A DNA stretch of 64,000 bases from Escherichia phage alia. Below the pieces are notes generated by a model. The model made no database searches, was not told where the DNA came from, and saw only the letters and a list, made by a program, of their open reading frames with translations. The stretch's first letter is position 1; every line of letters starts with the position of its first letter. This document shows, piece by piece, positions 1 to 9,489 of this stretch. The stretch lies in sequence record NC_052655.1; one strand, written 5' to 3'. The position numbers were made by a program, and so were the translations under genes.

Positions 1-1
1 T

Positions 2-2566
2 AATTTAGGTGCTGTCTTAACTGATCAATCTGGTGGTTATGCTTCAGAATTAAGTGTGTACACTGAAAGTCTATCGGCTATGGATGTAGGCACTACTCAA
101 CAGTTGGTTGCTACAATCAGTCCAGAAGGTGCTAAAGACCTTCCAGATATGGTAATTACATACACCACAACAGATCCAGAAGTAGCTACTGTAAGCCCTA
201 CAGGGTTAATAACTGCTCTTAAAGATGGCGGTTGCCGTATAGGTTGTACTGCAACGTATCAAGGAACAGTTGTGGCCTCTGATAGTTCTTATTTAGGTGT
301 TAATGCTATTCCTGTTATTTCTAATGTAACAGCCGTGGCAAACAGCTATGGAGACGTTCGTGTTGCTTGGGATGTAGCTGATCCGCTAGACGGTGATACT
401 TATACTGTAGAAGTATTAGATTTAAGTGATAATAGTGTCCAGTGGACTACAACAACCACGAATACTTACGCCTATTTTGATATCTCTGACTCTATTCCTC
501 TTTATGGGTTTGCTCCAACATACCTTAAAATTAATGTTAAGAGCACCAAAGCAGCAGCCGTTATCTTTAATAACTCAATAGCTACAGATGATTCATTCAT
601 TAAAGAAGTTATTGTCTTTGCTGGACAAGATAACGTAAATGCACACTTTACAGAACTATCTGGTGCAAATAAAGCAGCAATGGGTAGCACAACAGCCCGT
701 AATGCATATGCTACGCAACGTGGTTTAGCAAATGCTGAAGTTCTTCCGTTAAATACAGCTTCTGGATCATCAGCAGCAGATAAATATGCTGACGATAAAG
801 CTGGAACAGGTACACCAGATAACTACTGGTATGATCTGGATAACACAGCAGATGGGCCATGCTTAACTAACTTTATCACTAAAGTCACACCTTATGCAAG
901 TAAGGTTAAAGCGATTATTTGGGGACAAGGTGAAAATGATGCTGTATCAGCATCTTCTACTGTTGCAGGTAGGTACAGTAACACTACACGTTACCATGAT
1001 GCTACGATAGCCATCTTTGATAAGATGCGTACAATAGTTCCTGCTTCTCAAGCAAAAATTGTTTGGCAGATCCTAGGACGTTCTTATTTATATGGTGTAG
1101 AAGTTAATGGTGTGGATTGGCAGAAGTACAGAAATGTACAAAGAACCATCTCTACAGCACGTGATGATGTTATCATTGGTTCTTGGGTAGATGGTGCTGA
1201 ACGTTACAGTGGTTATGTTTATGAAGAAGGTATTGATGGTCGTATCCATTATGTTTCTTCTGTATACCAAACAGCAGCTACAAAACTTGCTAAATCAGCA
1301 GCAGACGGTACAGACTTAACATCAACGTCACCTGTTTGGGTTGATATGGCTGTTCCAACTGGAGCAACAGCTACTTCCCAACCTAATCAAGATACAATTT
1401 TAGCATGGGATGCTCAAGGCTATAGTAAACACTACTTCCGTAATATTAACGTCTTAACTGCATCTGTATTAACTGAACAAACGCTTAATACGAACAGTTA
1501 TACGTTTACCTATGCAGATCAAGTAGAACAATATGGTTTTGCAGCAGGAACTACTATATTTGATGTTGCATATTATGACGAAGCAAATGATGTGTTATCT
1601 CCTTTAGTACGTTTTAATGTTAACGTTACAGCAGGAACCGTAGAAGATAAACCTGTCGTGATGGACTATGATTTGACGCAAGAAACTCTTCCATCAGATG
1701 TTAAGGTTAATGGTGGGAACTCTTTTGCTCGTGCTTCTGGAGATAAACTTGTAGCCACTAACACCTTGGTTGCTCCGTTGGAGTATGTTGGTACTACCCC
1801 TGTAGGTAGACGTGTAACAGCTAACACAGCTACACAAATTTTTGTCAACAACGCCTTAACAAGCGCAAGCCCGTGGATAAAGACCAAATTAACTGTTGCA
1901 GCTTCATCTGATAACTCTCCGGCTGGAACTACTGCTAATGTATTCAAATTAACTCCGACTACAACCTCTGGTAGTCATATCTTAACTGCAACATATACTA
2001 ACGCGTACAACATATCTGCCGGACGTAACTGGTCTGCCTCTGTTTTCTTGAAAGCGAACGGGATTACTAAGGCCAAACTAAGATTAAAAGCAGGAACTGA
2101 AGTTAATGAGGGTACTTTTGATTTAGCAGCAGGTACATTCACAGGAAGTGAAGCTAATATTATATCTATGGGCAACGGTTGGTATCGTGCTATTCTGCAT
2201 AAAACAGGGATAGCCAAACAGTCCTCCATAAGTTTTGAAATAATTGCCTTGGATGCAACTGGTGCGGAGATTTTCGCTGGAGATGGTACTAGTAACCTTG
2301 CAGTTTGGTTGCCACAGCTTGAAGGTGCTTCTACAGGAGAAACATCAAAAGCTGGATCGCCTTATGTCTGCATATATCCTGGAAATTTAGGAGGAGTATC
2401 CTTCACTATACCAAGGAACGGACATACTGGTGTGGATGTTTACTATTCCAACGGAGACGTTGTTCGTGACGTATTCTCTGGTACGGCATCTACTTGGACA
2501 ATAAACTACTCCAGCTTGTACGATTGGGGATCAGTCTTTATTACAGGTTTGAAATATTACGACTAA
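2..2566 (+). CDS. tail fiber / receptor-binding protein, 5' end outside window; N-terminal Ig-like (Big_2-type) segment, possible carbohydrate esterase-like segment
   Basis: Frame is open from the window edge; track start 56 is an internal GTG. 'TTTDPEVATVSPTGLITALKDGGCRIGCTATYQG' resembles a bacterial Ig-like domain; 'VIVFAGQDN' and 'IIWGQGENDA' resemble SASA/SGNH esterase motifs; Thr/Ser/Asn-rich C-terminus typical of fibers. Confidence 0.55.
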   Translation, partial: NLGAVLTDQSGGYASELSVYTESLSAMDVGTTQQLVATISPEGAKDLPDMVITYTTTDPEVATVSPTGLITALKDGGCRIGCTATYQGTVVASDSSYLGVNAIPVISNVTAVANSYGDVRVAWDVADPLDGDTYTVEVLDLSDNSVQWTTTTTNTYAYFDISDSIPLYGFAPTYLKINVKSTKAAAVIFNNSIATDDSFIKEVIVFAGQDNVNAHFTELSGANKAAMGSTTARNAYATQRGLANAEVLPLNTASGSSAADKYADDKAGTGTPDNYWYDLDNTADGPCLTNFITKVTPYASKVKAIIWGQGENDAVSASSTVAGRYSNTTRYHDATIAIFDKMRTIVPASQAKIVWQILGRSYLYGVEVNGVDWQKYRNVQRTISTARDDVIIGSWVDGAERYSGYVYEEGIDGRIHYVSSVYQTAATKLAKSAADGTDLTSTSPVWVDMAVPTGATATSQPNQDTILAWDAQGYSKHYFRNINVLTASVLTEQTLNTNSYTFTYADQVEQYGFAAGTTIFDVAYYDEANDVLSPLVRFNVNVTAGTVEDKPVVMDYDLTQETLPSDVKVNGGNSFARASGDKLVATNTLVAPLEYVGTTPVGRRVTANTATQIFVNNALTSASPWIKTKLTVAASSDNSPAGTTANVFKLTPTTTSGSHILTATYTNAYNISAGRNWSASVFLKANGITKAKLRLKAGTEVNEGTFDLAAGTFTGSEANIISMGNGWYRAILHKTGIAKQSSISFEIIALDATGAEIFAGDGTSNLAVWLPQLEGASTGETSKAGSPYVCIYPGNLGGVSFTIPRNGHTGVDVYYSNGDVVRDVFSGTASTWTINYSSLYDWGSVFITGLKYYD

Positions 2567-2573
2567 TAAAAAA

Positions 2574-2598
2574 GGAGCCATTAGGCTCCTTTTCTTTT
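2574..2598. terminator. bidirectional intrinsic terminator hairpin (GGAGCC-atta-GGCTCC) between convergent genes
   Basis: Perfect 6-bp GC stem flanked by an A-run upstream and T-run downstream, 8 nt after the fiber stop codon. Confidence 0.6.
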
Positions 2599-2601
2599 AT
2601 C

Positions 2602-3033
2602 TTAGTCAGTGAAAATTACGCTTACATCTTCTTTAGAAAAGAGTTTATGATCTTCACCTTTTGTCTCAAGAGTTTCATACAGGTTAAGAAGTTCTGAAAC
2701 ATCTTTCTCTACCAGTTTCTTCAATGTTGCAATTTTCTGTTTGCGACTCTTAATACGTTCAGCTACAACCTTACGCTGGTATCCGGCAGTACGATAACCT
2801 GAGAAAGTTACACCAGTGAGACTTGCAGTTACAGGATCGTAGTGACGTTCAATCTGAAATTTATTAAAAGGTACAGCGTCATCACGAATAATCTTACCGC
2901 CATTACTTACTTGACGAAGACCAGTAACTTGTTCCAGTCGTGCCATAGAAATCTTTGGAGACAGACCAGAGTCCAGGTTCATACCGTTGTTAATCAGTGC
3001 TTTCAGGGTGATTTTGCTGTTCAGTGTACTCAT
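2602..3033 (-). CDS. hypothetical protein
   Basis: 143-aa ORF with a GGAGG Shine-Dalgarno site upstream of the ATG; no motif recognised. Confidence 0.5.
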   Translation of the reverse strand: MSTLNSKITLKALINNGMNLDSGLSPKISMARLEQVTGLRQVSNGGKIIRDDAVPFNKFQIERHYDPVTASLTGVTFSGYRTAGYQRKVVAERIKSRKQKIATLKKLVEKDVSELLNLYETLETKGEDHKLFSKEDVSVIFTD

Positions 3034-3721
3034 TTAGTCGTTCCTCCGCTTGCTTAAAAATATTTACATCGGCTTCACAGCCTAAGTATTCTCTACCTGT
3101 TAAAAGTGCCGCAACTTGTGTTGTTGCACTTCCAGAGAAGAAGTCTAAGACTACATCTCCTTCGTTGGTGTGTATATTAATAAGGTCACAAAACAAAGTC
3201 AAGTGTTTTTGTGTTGGATGAAAACGATCTGCTCCTTGATAGATAGGATACTCAAACACACCCTTATGGTAGGAAGCATTGAAGGTTGGCTTCGAACCTT
3301 TAACACAAACAATAGCCATCTCTTTAGCGTTACTAAGATAGTTAACACCACTGTTGATGGGTACAGGGTTTGTTTTAATCCATTCGATAGTACGGAACAT
3401 ACGAAAACCAAGTGGTTCAAGGATTTCACGTAGTTCTTGGATCTTCCAGATATCATACCAAACGATGCAAGTACCACCTTTTCTAAGCACCCTGTAGGCT
3501 TCTTTGAATACTTCTTTAAAGTAAGGAATATCTACAACATCCCAATCACCAAAGTTGTAAGATACACGGAATCTATCCGTATCTTTTCCAGTCGGCTCTC
3601 CAGATTGAAAATTTGTGTCACGAGAAATAGCATATGGTGGGTCAGTAAGAATCAAATCTACACTATTGCTTTCGAGGGTTTGCAGGTAGTTTAATGCGGT
3701 GTTGTTTACAAATTCGCTCAT
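2990..3721 (-). CDS. DNA methyltransferase, beta-class (N6-adenine or N4-cytosine)
   Basis: 'TDPPYA' (motif IV) near the N-terminus and 'DFFSGSATT' (FxGxG-like motif I) near the C-terminus give the IV-TRD-I order of beta-class amino-MTases; strong RBS. Confidence 0.8.
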   Translation of the reverse strand: MSEFVNNTALNYLQTLESNSVDLILTDPPYAISRDTNFQSGEPTGKDTDRFRVSYNFGDWDVVDIPYFKEVFKEAYRVLRKGGTCIVWYDIWKIQELREILEPLGFRMFRTIEWIKTNPVPINSGVNYLSNAKEMAIVCVKGSKPTFNASYHKGVFEYPIYQGADRFHPTQKHLTLFCDLINIHTNEGDVVLDFFSGSATTQVAALLTGREYLGCEADVNIFKQAEERLNEYTEQQNHPESTD

Positions 3722-3741
3722 TATATCTCCTTCAAAGAAAA

Positions 3742-3766
3742 GGAGCCGTTAGGCTCCTTATATTCA
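3742..3766 (-). terminator. intrinsic terminator hairpin (GGAGCC-gtta-GGCTCC) downstream of the SSB-like gene
   Basis: Same stem sequence as the hairpin at 2574; T-run follows on the minus strand. Confidence 0.5.
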
Positions 3767-3781
3767 CACAATATTTAACTA

Positions 3782-4729
3782 TTAGAAACAGTGCAGGAAG
3801 TTTCGACCATACTGCAAACCAATAGGAGCAAATGGGATATCATCATCGAAATCTTGAACAACAGGTTCTGGTTCTTTCGGTGCTGGCTCTTTCTTCTCTA
3901 CTTTTTTAGTTTCTTTCTTAACTTCTTGTACCGGGGTAGACATTCCACGGATAGCAGCAGCTACTTTATCAGACAAAGCAAGAACTTCACGAGCAGCTTC
4001 AATAATCTCTTCTGCCGTTACAGTTTTACCTGTATGATCACGACAAGCGTTAAGAATTGCGTGTCCAACTGAAGCACCAAGATCATAGTCAGTCACATCA
4101 ACGCCACGATCTTTAGCAATTTCTGCTTTCAGAGTAACAGTTGCAGATTGTACCACACCAGCCAAGTCGAAAGCATCACCTTTCACACCAGCACGTAGAA
4201 GCTCCAGAGCGCCGTTTACAGCGTGTCCTGTTTCAATCCCTACGGTATCACGTTTTTTGTAGTTAGGCTTGCTACCTTCGTTATTAGATGGCTTATTTCC
4301 ACCTTTTGAAGAAGATTGTGCTTGCTGAACACCTTCTGTTGAAAGAATAGTGATTTTACCTTTAGAGGAATTGTAGTATGTTTTGCCATTCCATTCAGAA
4401 GGTTTAACATCCATAGTTAGTTCTACACCTTTTTCGATAGTAACCCACTTATCACCATCTTTAACTTGCAGGTTTTCATGTTCTGGGTGCAGTTTAACTT
4501 CACCTAGGCTAACCCAAACACCTTTATCATCAGCACCAGCACCTTTCTCTTTAATAAGCAGGGATGCTTTGTGAGTTGATTCAATTTTCTTATCTGGCTG
4601 ACCTGCAACCTTAATATAAGAGACTTTCATTTCATCAAACTTATCCAGTTTGACATATTCAACGATACCTTCAGCCCAGAATGCTTCTTTTTTAGTACGA
4701 CGGTCGATTTCAGAATTAATTACTGGCAT
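3782..4729 (-). CDS. SSB-like protein with acidic 'DFDDDIPF' motif
   Basis: 'QDFDDDIPF' matches the E. coli SSB C-terminal tail, but here it is followed by 15 more residues; the N-terminal region is not obviously an OB fold. Confidence 0.45.
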   Translation of the reverse strand: MPVINSEIDRRTKKEAFWAEGIVEYVKLDKFDEMKVSYIKVAGQPDKKIESTHKASLLIKEKGAGADDKGVWVSLGEVKLHPEHENLQVKDGDKWVTIEKGVELTMDVKPSEWNGKTYYNSSKGKITILSTEGVQQAQSSSKGGNKPSNNEGSKPNYKKRDTVGIETGHAVNGALELLRAGVKGDAFDLAGVVQSATVTLKAEIAKDRGVDVTDYDLGASVGHAILNACRDHTGKTVTAEEIIEAAREVLALSDKVAAAIRGMSTPVQEVKKETKKVEKKEPAPKEPEPVVQDFDDDIPFAPIGLQYGRNFLHCF

Positions 4730-4745
4730 AAATTCTCCTCTATAA

Positions 4746-5144
4746 TTACATTACTTTAACACAAAACTCTCGTAAAAGAGTAGCGTCAGTTTCTTCCAAC
4801 AGGTATTTACCAAGACCAATACCAAATCCTATTTCACCACTTTCGAAATGGAGGATTTGTATCTTTTCTCCACCAAGGTTAATTACTTTTGCTTTTCCAG
4901 GATTATCCAAAACATCTCGTATTGTATCCTGTAGTAGCATTAGTTCACGCTTTGTGATAGTGGTTTCAGATATCTCTTTGTTTTCTACCCTCACTGTTAA
5001 ACGATTGTATCCACCAAAGAGACATAGTATTTGAATAAAAAAGGTATTATCTTGAGGTTCAACATCTTTTTTAGTTAGCTCAAGACGATTAGTTTCTCTA
5101 CTGTAGAACGTCTCGACTAAGATTTTAGAACGATTATCTGTCAT
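4746..5144 (-). CDS. hypothetical protein
   Basis: 132-aa ORF, same strand, tight spacing. Confidence 0.5.
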   Translation of the reverse strand: MTDNRSKILVETFYSRETNRLELTKKDVEPQDNTFFIQILCLFGGYNRLTVRVENKEISETTITKRELMLLQDTIRDVLDNPGKAKVINLGGEKIQILHFESGEIGFGIGLGKYLLEETDATLLREFCVKVM

Positions 5145-5187
5145 TCAAGTCCTCATAATAACACATAATTATAATGTTTGTCAACAC

Positions 5188-5802
5188 TTAAATCTTAAAT
5201 TCTTCGTTGTTAAATGAATCCAGTGTACGTACTTCTGGTTCTTTGGGAATGAAAACGTCTTTTACAAAGCGGAACATAGGGAAACGTTCTGCCATTTTAC
5301 GGACGTGTGCTTCTTTACCTGTGTATCGGTGATTAATAGTGCAAATATTAGTTTTCAATGCAAAGTCAAAATCTGGATGATATACATAATTTTGACCATC
5401 CCAGTAACACAAGCAAATAGCTACATCAAAGTTCCATACGATTTCACTGCGTACACCTTCTTCCATGATCATAAAGTTAAACTTAAGATCTTTATAGTAT
5501 GCTTCAAATACCCATTTCAAATGTGGTAGTTCGGCATAAGTGTGTTCTGTTTGCTTAGTAAGTTGTTTAACATTACGTGCACCAACACCCAACATCAAAA
5601 ATTTCTCTACTAGTACGAGTGTATTGTGGTTAGGCATACGCAAGTAAATGTCAATATCTTGCGCAGGTTTCTCTAATCGCCAGTCACGTACAGCGCCGCC
5701 AGCTACAATTGCAAACGGATCTACCAGTTGGCACATACGTAATACTTCTAAAGCTCGTACTTTTTGATCTTCAATATTCATATTTTCTCCTATCGTGTCC
5801 AC
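5188..5802 (-). CDS. putative Pol-beta-type nucleotidyltransferase (CCA-adding/poly(A) polymerase head-like)
   Basis: 'VAGGAVRDWRL...DIDIY' resembles the GGxVRD...DxD head motif of the tRNA nucleotidyltransferase family; only 204 aa. Confidence 0.4.
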   Translation of the reverse strand: MDTIGENMNIEDQKVRALEVLRMCQLVDPFAIVAGGAVRDWRLEKPAQDIDIYLRMPNHNTLVLVEKFLMLGVGARNVKQLTKQTEHTYAELPHLKWVFEAYYKDLKFNFMIMEEGVRSEIVWNFDVAICLCYWDGQNYVYHPDFDFALKTNICTINHRYTGKEAHVRKMAERFPMFRFVKDVFIPKEPEVRTLDSFNNEEFKI

Positions 5803-6386
5803 TCTTTATGTTGTTCTACATGCTCAAGCATTTCATTATACAGTGCTTTAAGATGTGGAACAACTCTTTCATCTTCAGTTTCAAAGAATTTTGTAAGCTG
5901 TTCTGCCTTAGCTTTCAACCAGCAAAGATGCGCTTCAATTTCAGTATTAAAACGTCCCAGTGTTATAACACGTCCATCACGTTGAATATGGGCTTTATAC
6001 TTTTTACGATCTTTTTCGTAACTACATCCTACCATAGTCCCATGAGATCTTTTACTTACTCTATAAGCTAAGAACTTGTTAAGATCTCCTGTTACTAAAA
6101 GACAGGTATCGGGAGAGTAAACTCTCCCTCCTATAATATCTTTATCAAGTTCTAAGTTTTCCCAGTTATCCCAAGTTTGCAACCAGGAGTAGAAATTGGA
6201 GAACAGTTTCCATTCTTCACAAACCGTCACCCCATTATAACAAGGATCACGTTCTTGTTGACAAGGGGAGTAACACCTCCCCAACATAGCCATCCATTTC
6301 ATATAATGCGGCGTTAGTTTCTTACTACCAGGTAGCGTACTCTCGCCTTCCAAATCATTAATACCTTCACCATATACGGTAAGCAT
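5790..6386 (-). CDS. AP2-domain protein, homing-endonuclease-like
   Basis: 'YKAHIQRDGRVITLGRFNTEIEAHLCW' resembles the AP2 DNA-binding domain common in phage HNH homing endonucleases; sits directly upstream of the DNA polymerase gene. Confidence 0.5.
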   Translation of the reverse strand: MLTVYGEGINDLEGESTLPGSKKLTPHYMKWMAMLGRCYSPCQQERDPCYNGVTVCEEWKLFSNFYSWLQTWDNWENLELDKDIIGGRVYSPDTCLLVTGDLNKFLAYRVSKRSHGTMVGCSYEKDRKKYKAHIQRDGRVITLGRFNTEIEAHLCWLKAKAEQLTKFFETEDERVVPHLKALYNEMLEHVEQHKEWTR

Positions 6387-6413
6387 AAAAACTCCTTTAA
6401 AATCAAAGAGATG

Positions 6414-8993
6414 TCAGTGACAAGACGCCCATGAGTTACCAACATCGTAACCAGCAGTGAGAGGTACATTAAGATTGTAATACTCACCAGCTTTATTAAC
6501 AGCGATAGATGCTAATTCTCCAGCACGACTGTAGGCTGTAAACCAACCACCTTTCGGAGATTCATGTACGTTAGCCCAAATCTTGCCAGTACGTTTCTCT
6601 TCCTCTTCTTTCCAGGCATTAACTTTATCCAAACATTCTTTATCAATTTTCTTTTGTTCTTCTGGATCATCAACTTGAGTCCAACCTAAAGATTCTTTAG
6701 AGAACCATTTAAAATGCACTAGATCACGAGTAACTTCAAGCTGTGCTTCATCGTGATATGCAATCATTTGTTGAACGAATGACTTATTTTTCCAGTCATC
6801 AACAAAAAAGTCAACAGCTAATCCTTCTTCTTCGATAAGATCGTCGTAGATAACCATTGCTCTTTTTGCACAAATAACACCACCACTCTGGAACAGAGAG
6901 TTAAGTATTGCGTGTGCAGATCGTGTAGGTACTTTCCTACCATCAATACCAAGAATGTATTTCTTACCTGTTTTAACCCAAAAGTCATGCAGACGTTCTT
7001 TAAGAAGCGCAAGAGGTTTTGCAGCTTCCCAGAAAGCATCGTATACAAGCTGTCCTGTATACATATCACTACCTATAGTTTTTGCTACTTTTGCAGCTTG
7101 AGCACCATAAGTAATACCATACTTAACAGATTTAGCAGGGCTTCGTTCAAACTTACGACCAATAGTGTCAGAAATACGTCGAGCCATCATTGTATGAACA
7201 TCATTAGGTTTTTCCAATAATAGAGCATTACAATATTCGTGTGGTTCCTGCTCGTACCGCCAACAGTAGTGCGATTCTATTTTTGCCTCAAGAGAATCAA
7301 AGTCATAACCAATTTGGAAGTATTTTGGAACTTCTACACCAAATAAGTTACGCATTTCATATCCGTACAGAGATGTTACACGTGGGATATTTGCTACTAA
7401 CCTATGTTTCATACGAGACGTAGCTGCATCACACGTTGCAGCAGGAGTTGGTATACGACCATCAGCCCTTACTGCTGCCAGATAACCTTTATCGTAATCT
7501 TCTTCATCTTCTTCCCAATCAGCACCACCCCCTAGAATAGAGTTCCTACGGTGTTTATACGTAAGATACTGCACAATCTGCGTAGCATAAGGAAACTTTT
7601 CACCTAGTGCTTCCAAGTTAGGACAAATATCTTTCTCTTGCCCTTTTGTAAAGGAAGGGTTAGTAAGCACTTTAACACCACGACCTTTAGCTTTAGCAAT
7701 ACGATCTCTTAGTTTCCATTCCAAAGTTTCTGGTGTGCACTCCAGATGATCACATCTGTCCTGGCAAAAGTTAGATGCTAACGTTTGATCAACATAATCA
7801 CGAATAGCTTTCTCCATTTGTGCTTCATCTTTCTTAATCTTAGTGCCAGATTTAAGAGTGATATCTTTATCTTTATATTCAGATGGACTCCAACCTAAAC
7901 CAACTAACCAGTTTTTAATATGTGTAGTGTCGTCTAAAGTAGCAGGTACTGTAGGATCACAAATAGGTTCTTCTGCTGGAATAGGTAGTTTAAACTCTTT
8001 ACCTAGTGCAAATAACCACCAACCATCTTCTTTTTGTACAAGTTCACCAGAATGTTTCTCTGCAAACTTTATCATGTTACTTGAAGGTTCACCATTCTTT
8101 TTAAACTGTAGTTTAGGTGGAATGAATGATTTCAAATAACCTTTAGTAGCAGGTTTAGGAGGTAGCACAGGTTCTGCCTCTAAACGACATGCTTCCATTC
8201 GAGCATCCAGATCACGAATATTATCTTCTGCTTGTTTCATGTTGAAAGCAAAGCCACGGTGCTCTTGACGTGTAATAATATCAGCTACACGTTGTTCTAA
8301 GTTAAATGGTTCAGACCACTTATTATAATCACCCCACTCTTCCATCAAATAACGGAACACTGCGGTGTTAGCTTTGTTATCGTAAATACAGTAATACAGC
8401 ATATCTGCTGCAAATGTTTTAAATCTTTCAGTTTCAGGAATGTTTTTTCTAAAATCAATTTTAACATCCCCTCCAGCTTTCTTAGATAACTCTGCCAGAC
8501 TATGACCACCGAAGCGATCAGGGTTTAGTGTCTTACTTAAGATCATAGTATCACAAATTTCAATGTTACTATTACCCCAAGTATTGTACTTAATACTGTA
8601 GTTGAGTTTAAAAAATAATTTAATTGCCAGTAAGTCAAAGTTAATGATGTTATGTCCAACTACTTTGGTAATTTTATAGTTTGAATTACCTTTAAATTTA
8701 CCTGTTCCATTTACAAAATCAGGAAAATCTTTAAGAGGGAAATGGGTATATTCTAAATGCTCATATTCCTCCAGTCGGTATTCATACTTTCCGTCAGTCT
8801 CAACATACGGACGACCATCGAAAAGATATTTATCACCATCATGGAAAGCAATAATCTCTCCAGTATCATGACTTTCGCACACAATACAGTGCATTGCAAA
8901 ACTATCTTTTAAACGATATGGACTTGCCAAGTAATCTACACTTTCGTCATTAAGCAAGTTGTTACTTTCAATGTCGAAAGTAAAAGCTCCCAT
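6414..8993 (-). CDS. DNA polymerase, family A, with N-terminal 3'-5' exonuclease
   Basis: 'FDIES' (exo I), 'DFDSLEAKI' (motif A-like), 'KSVKYGITYGAQ' (motif B) and 'YHDEAQ' (motif C); 859 aa; AAGGAGGG RBS. Confidence 0.9.
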   Translation of the reverse strand: MGAFTFDIESNNLLNDESVDYLASPYRLKDSFAMHCIVCESHDTGEIIAFHDGDKYLFDGRPYVETDGKYEYRLEEYEHLEYTHFPLKDFPDFVNGTGKFKGNSNYKITKVVGHNIINFDLLAIKLFFKLNYSIKYNTWGNSNIEICDTMILSKTLNPDRFGGHSLAELSKKAGGDVKIDFRKNIPETERFKTFAADMLYYCIYDNKANTAVFRYLMEEWGDYNKWSEPFNLEQRVADIITRQEHRGFAFNMKQAEDNIRDLDARMEACRLEAEPVLPPKPATKGYLKSFIPPKLQFKKNGEPSSNMIKFAEKHSGELVQKEDGWWLFALGKEFKLPIPAEEPICDPTVPATLDDTTHIKNWLVGLGWSPSEYKDKDITLKSGTKIKKDEAQMEKAIRDYVDQTLASNFCQDRCDHLECTPETLEWKLRDRIAKAKGRGVKVLTNPSFTKGQEKDICPNLEALGEKFPYATQIVQYLTYKHRRNSILGGGADWEEDEEDYDKGYLAAVRADGRIPTPAATCDAATSRMKHRLVANIPRVTSLYGYEMRNLFGVEVPKYFQIGYDFDSLEAKIESHYCWRYEQEPHEYCNALLLEKPNDVHTMMARRISDTIGRKFERSPAKSVKYGITYGAQAAKVAKTIGSDMYTGQLVYDAFWEAAKPLALLKERLHDFWVKTGKKYILGIDGRKVPTRSAHAILNSLFQSGGVICAKRAMVIYDDLIEEEGLAVDFFVDDWKNKSFVQQMIAYHDEAQLEVTRDLVHFKWFSKESLGWTQVDDPEEQKKIDKECLDKVNAWKEEEEKRTGKIWANVHESPKGGWFTAYSRAGELASIAVNKAGEYYNLNVPLTAGYDVGNSWASCH

Positions 8994-9083
8994 TCTCCCT
9001 CCTTAAAATATTTCTAAAGTCTTAATTTGTTAATACTGTACCACAAATTAATTGTTTTGTAAAGGGGCTTTCGCCCCTTCTTG

Positions 9084-9479
9084 TTATTTATTGTCAGCAC
9101 TTAGTTGTACTTTAATAAGGCAATTAGGGACACCATTGGTATTTCTCAAGCCTACACGTTCAATTTTAACAGTGCCTGTCAAACCATTAAAAGTGGAAAC
9201 AATGTTATTAATGTTTTCATCCTTACTAGTGATATCAAGAATAACTTTATCACTGACATTTTTCAACATACGATCTACAAGCTCTCCCACAAAACCACTG
9301 GTAGTTTGAATGAGAAGGTATAGACAACCATCCTCAAACCACAAATGTTCACCATAAGCATAACCGTATGGTTCTAATTCCGATCCATCTTGAAATTTAA
9401 ACTTAGCAATAGTTTTCGTATAATCATACGCTAAAGCAGAAGGGCATACCCCATAGAGGATATTTTCGTTGTCTTTCAT
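9084..9479 (-). CDS. hypothetical protein
   Basis: Track ORF 9084-9608 overlaps the primase-helicase; start moved to internal Met 'MKDNEN' at 9479. Confidence 0.4.
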   Translation of the reverse strand: MKDNENILYGVCPSALAYDYTKTIAKFKFQDGSELEPYGYAYGEHLWFEDGCLYLLIQTTSGFVGELVDRMLKNVSDKVILDITSKDENINNIVSTFNGLTGTVKIERVGLRNTNGVPNCLIKVQLSADNK

Positions 9480-9489
9480 ATTTTTCTCC

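Noticed and set aside
502-2229. Track ORFs on the minus strand inside the tail fiber gene (502-690, 1088-1270, 1666-1947, 1975-2229)
   Set aside because: They are antisense to a long, well-supported ORF and lack RBSs. The same reasoning applies to other embedded antisense ORFs such as 6818-7069, 7843-8139, 17586-17846 and 20131-20595.
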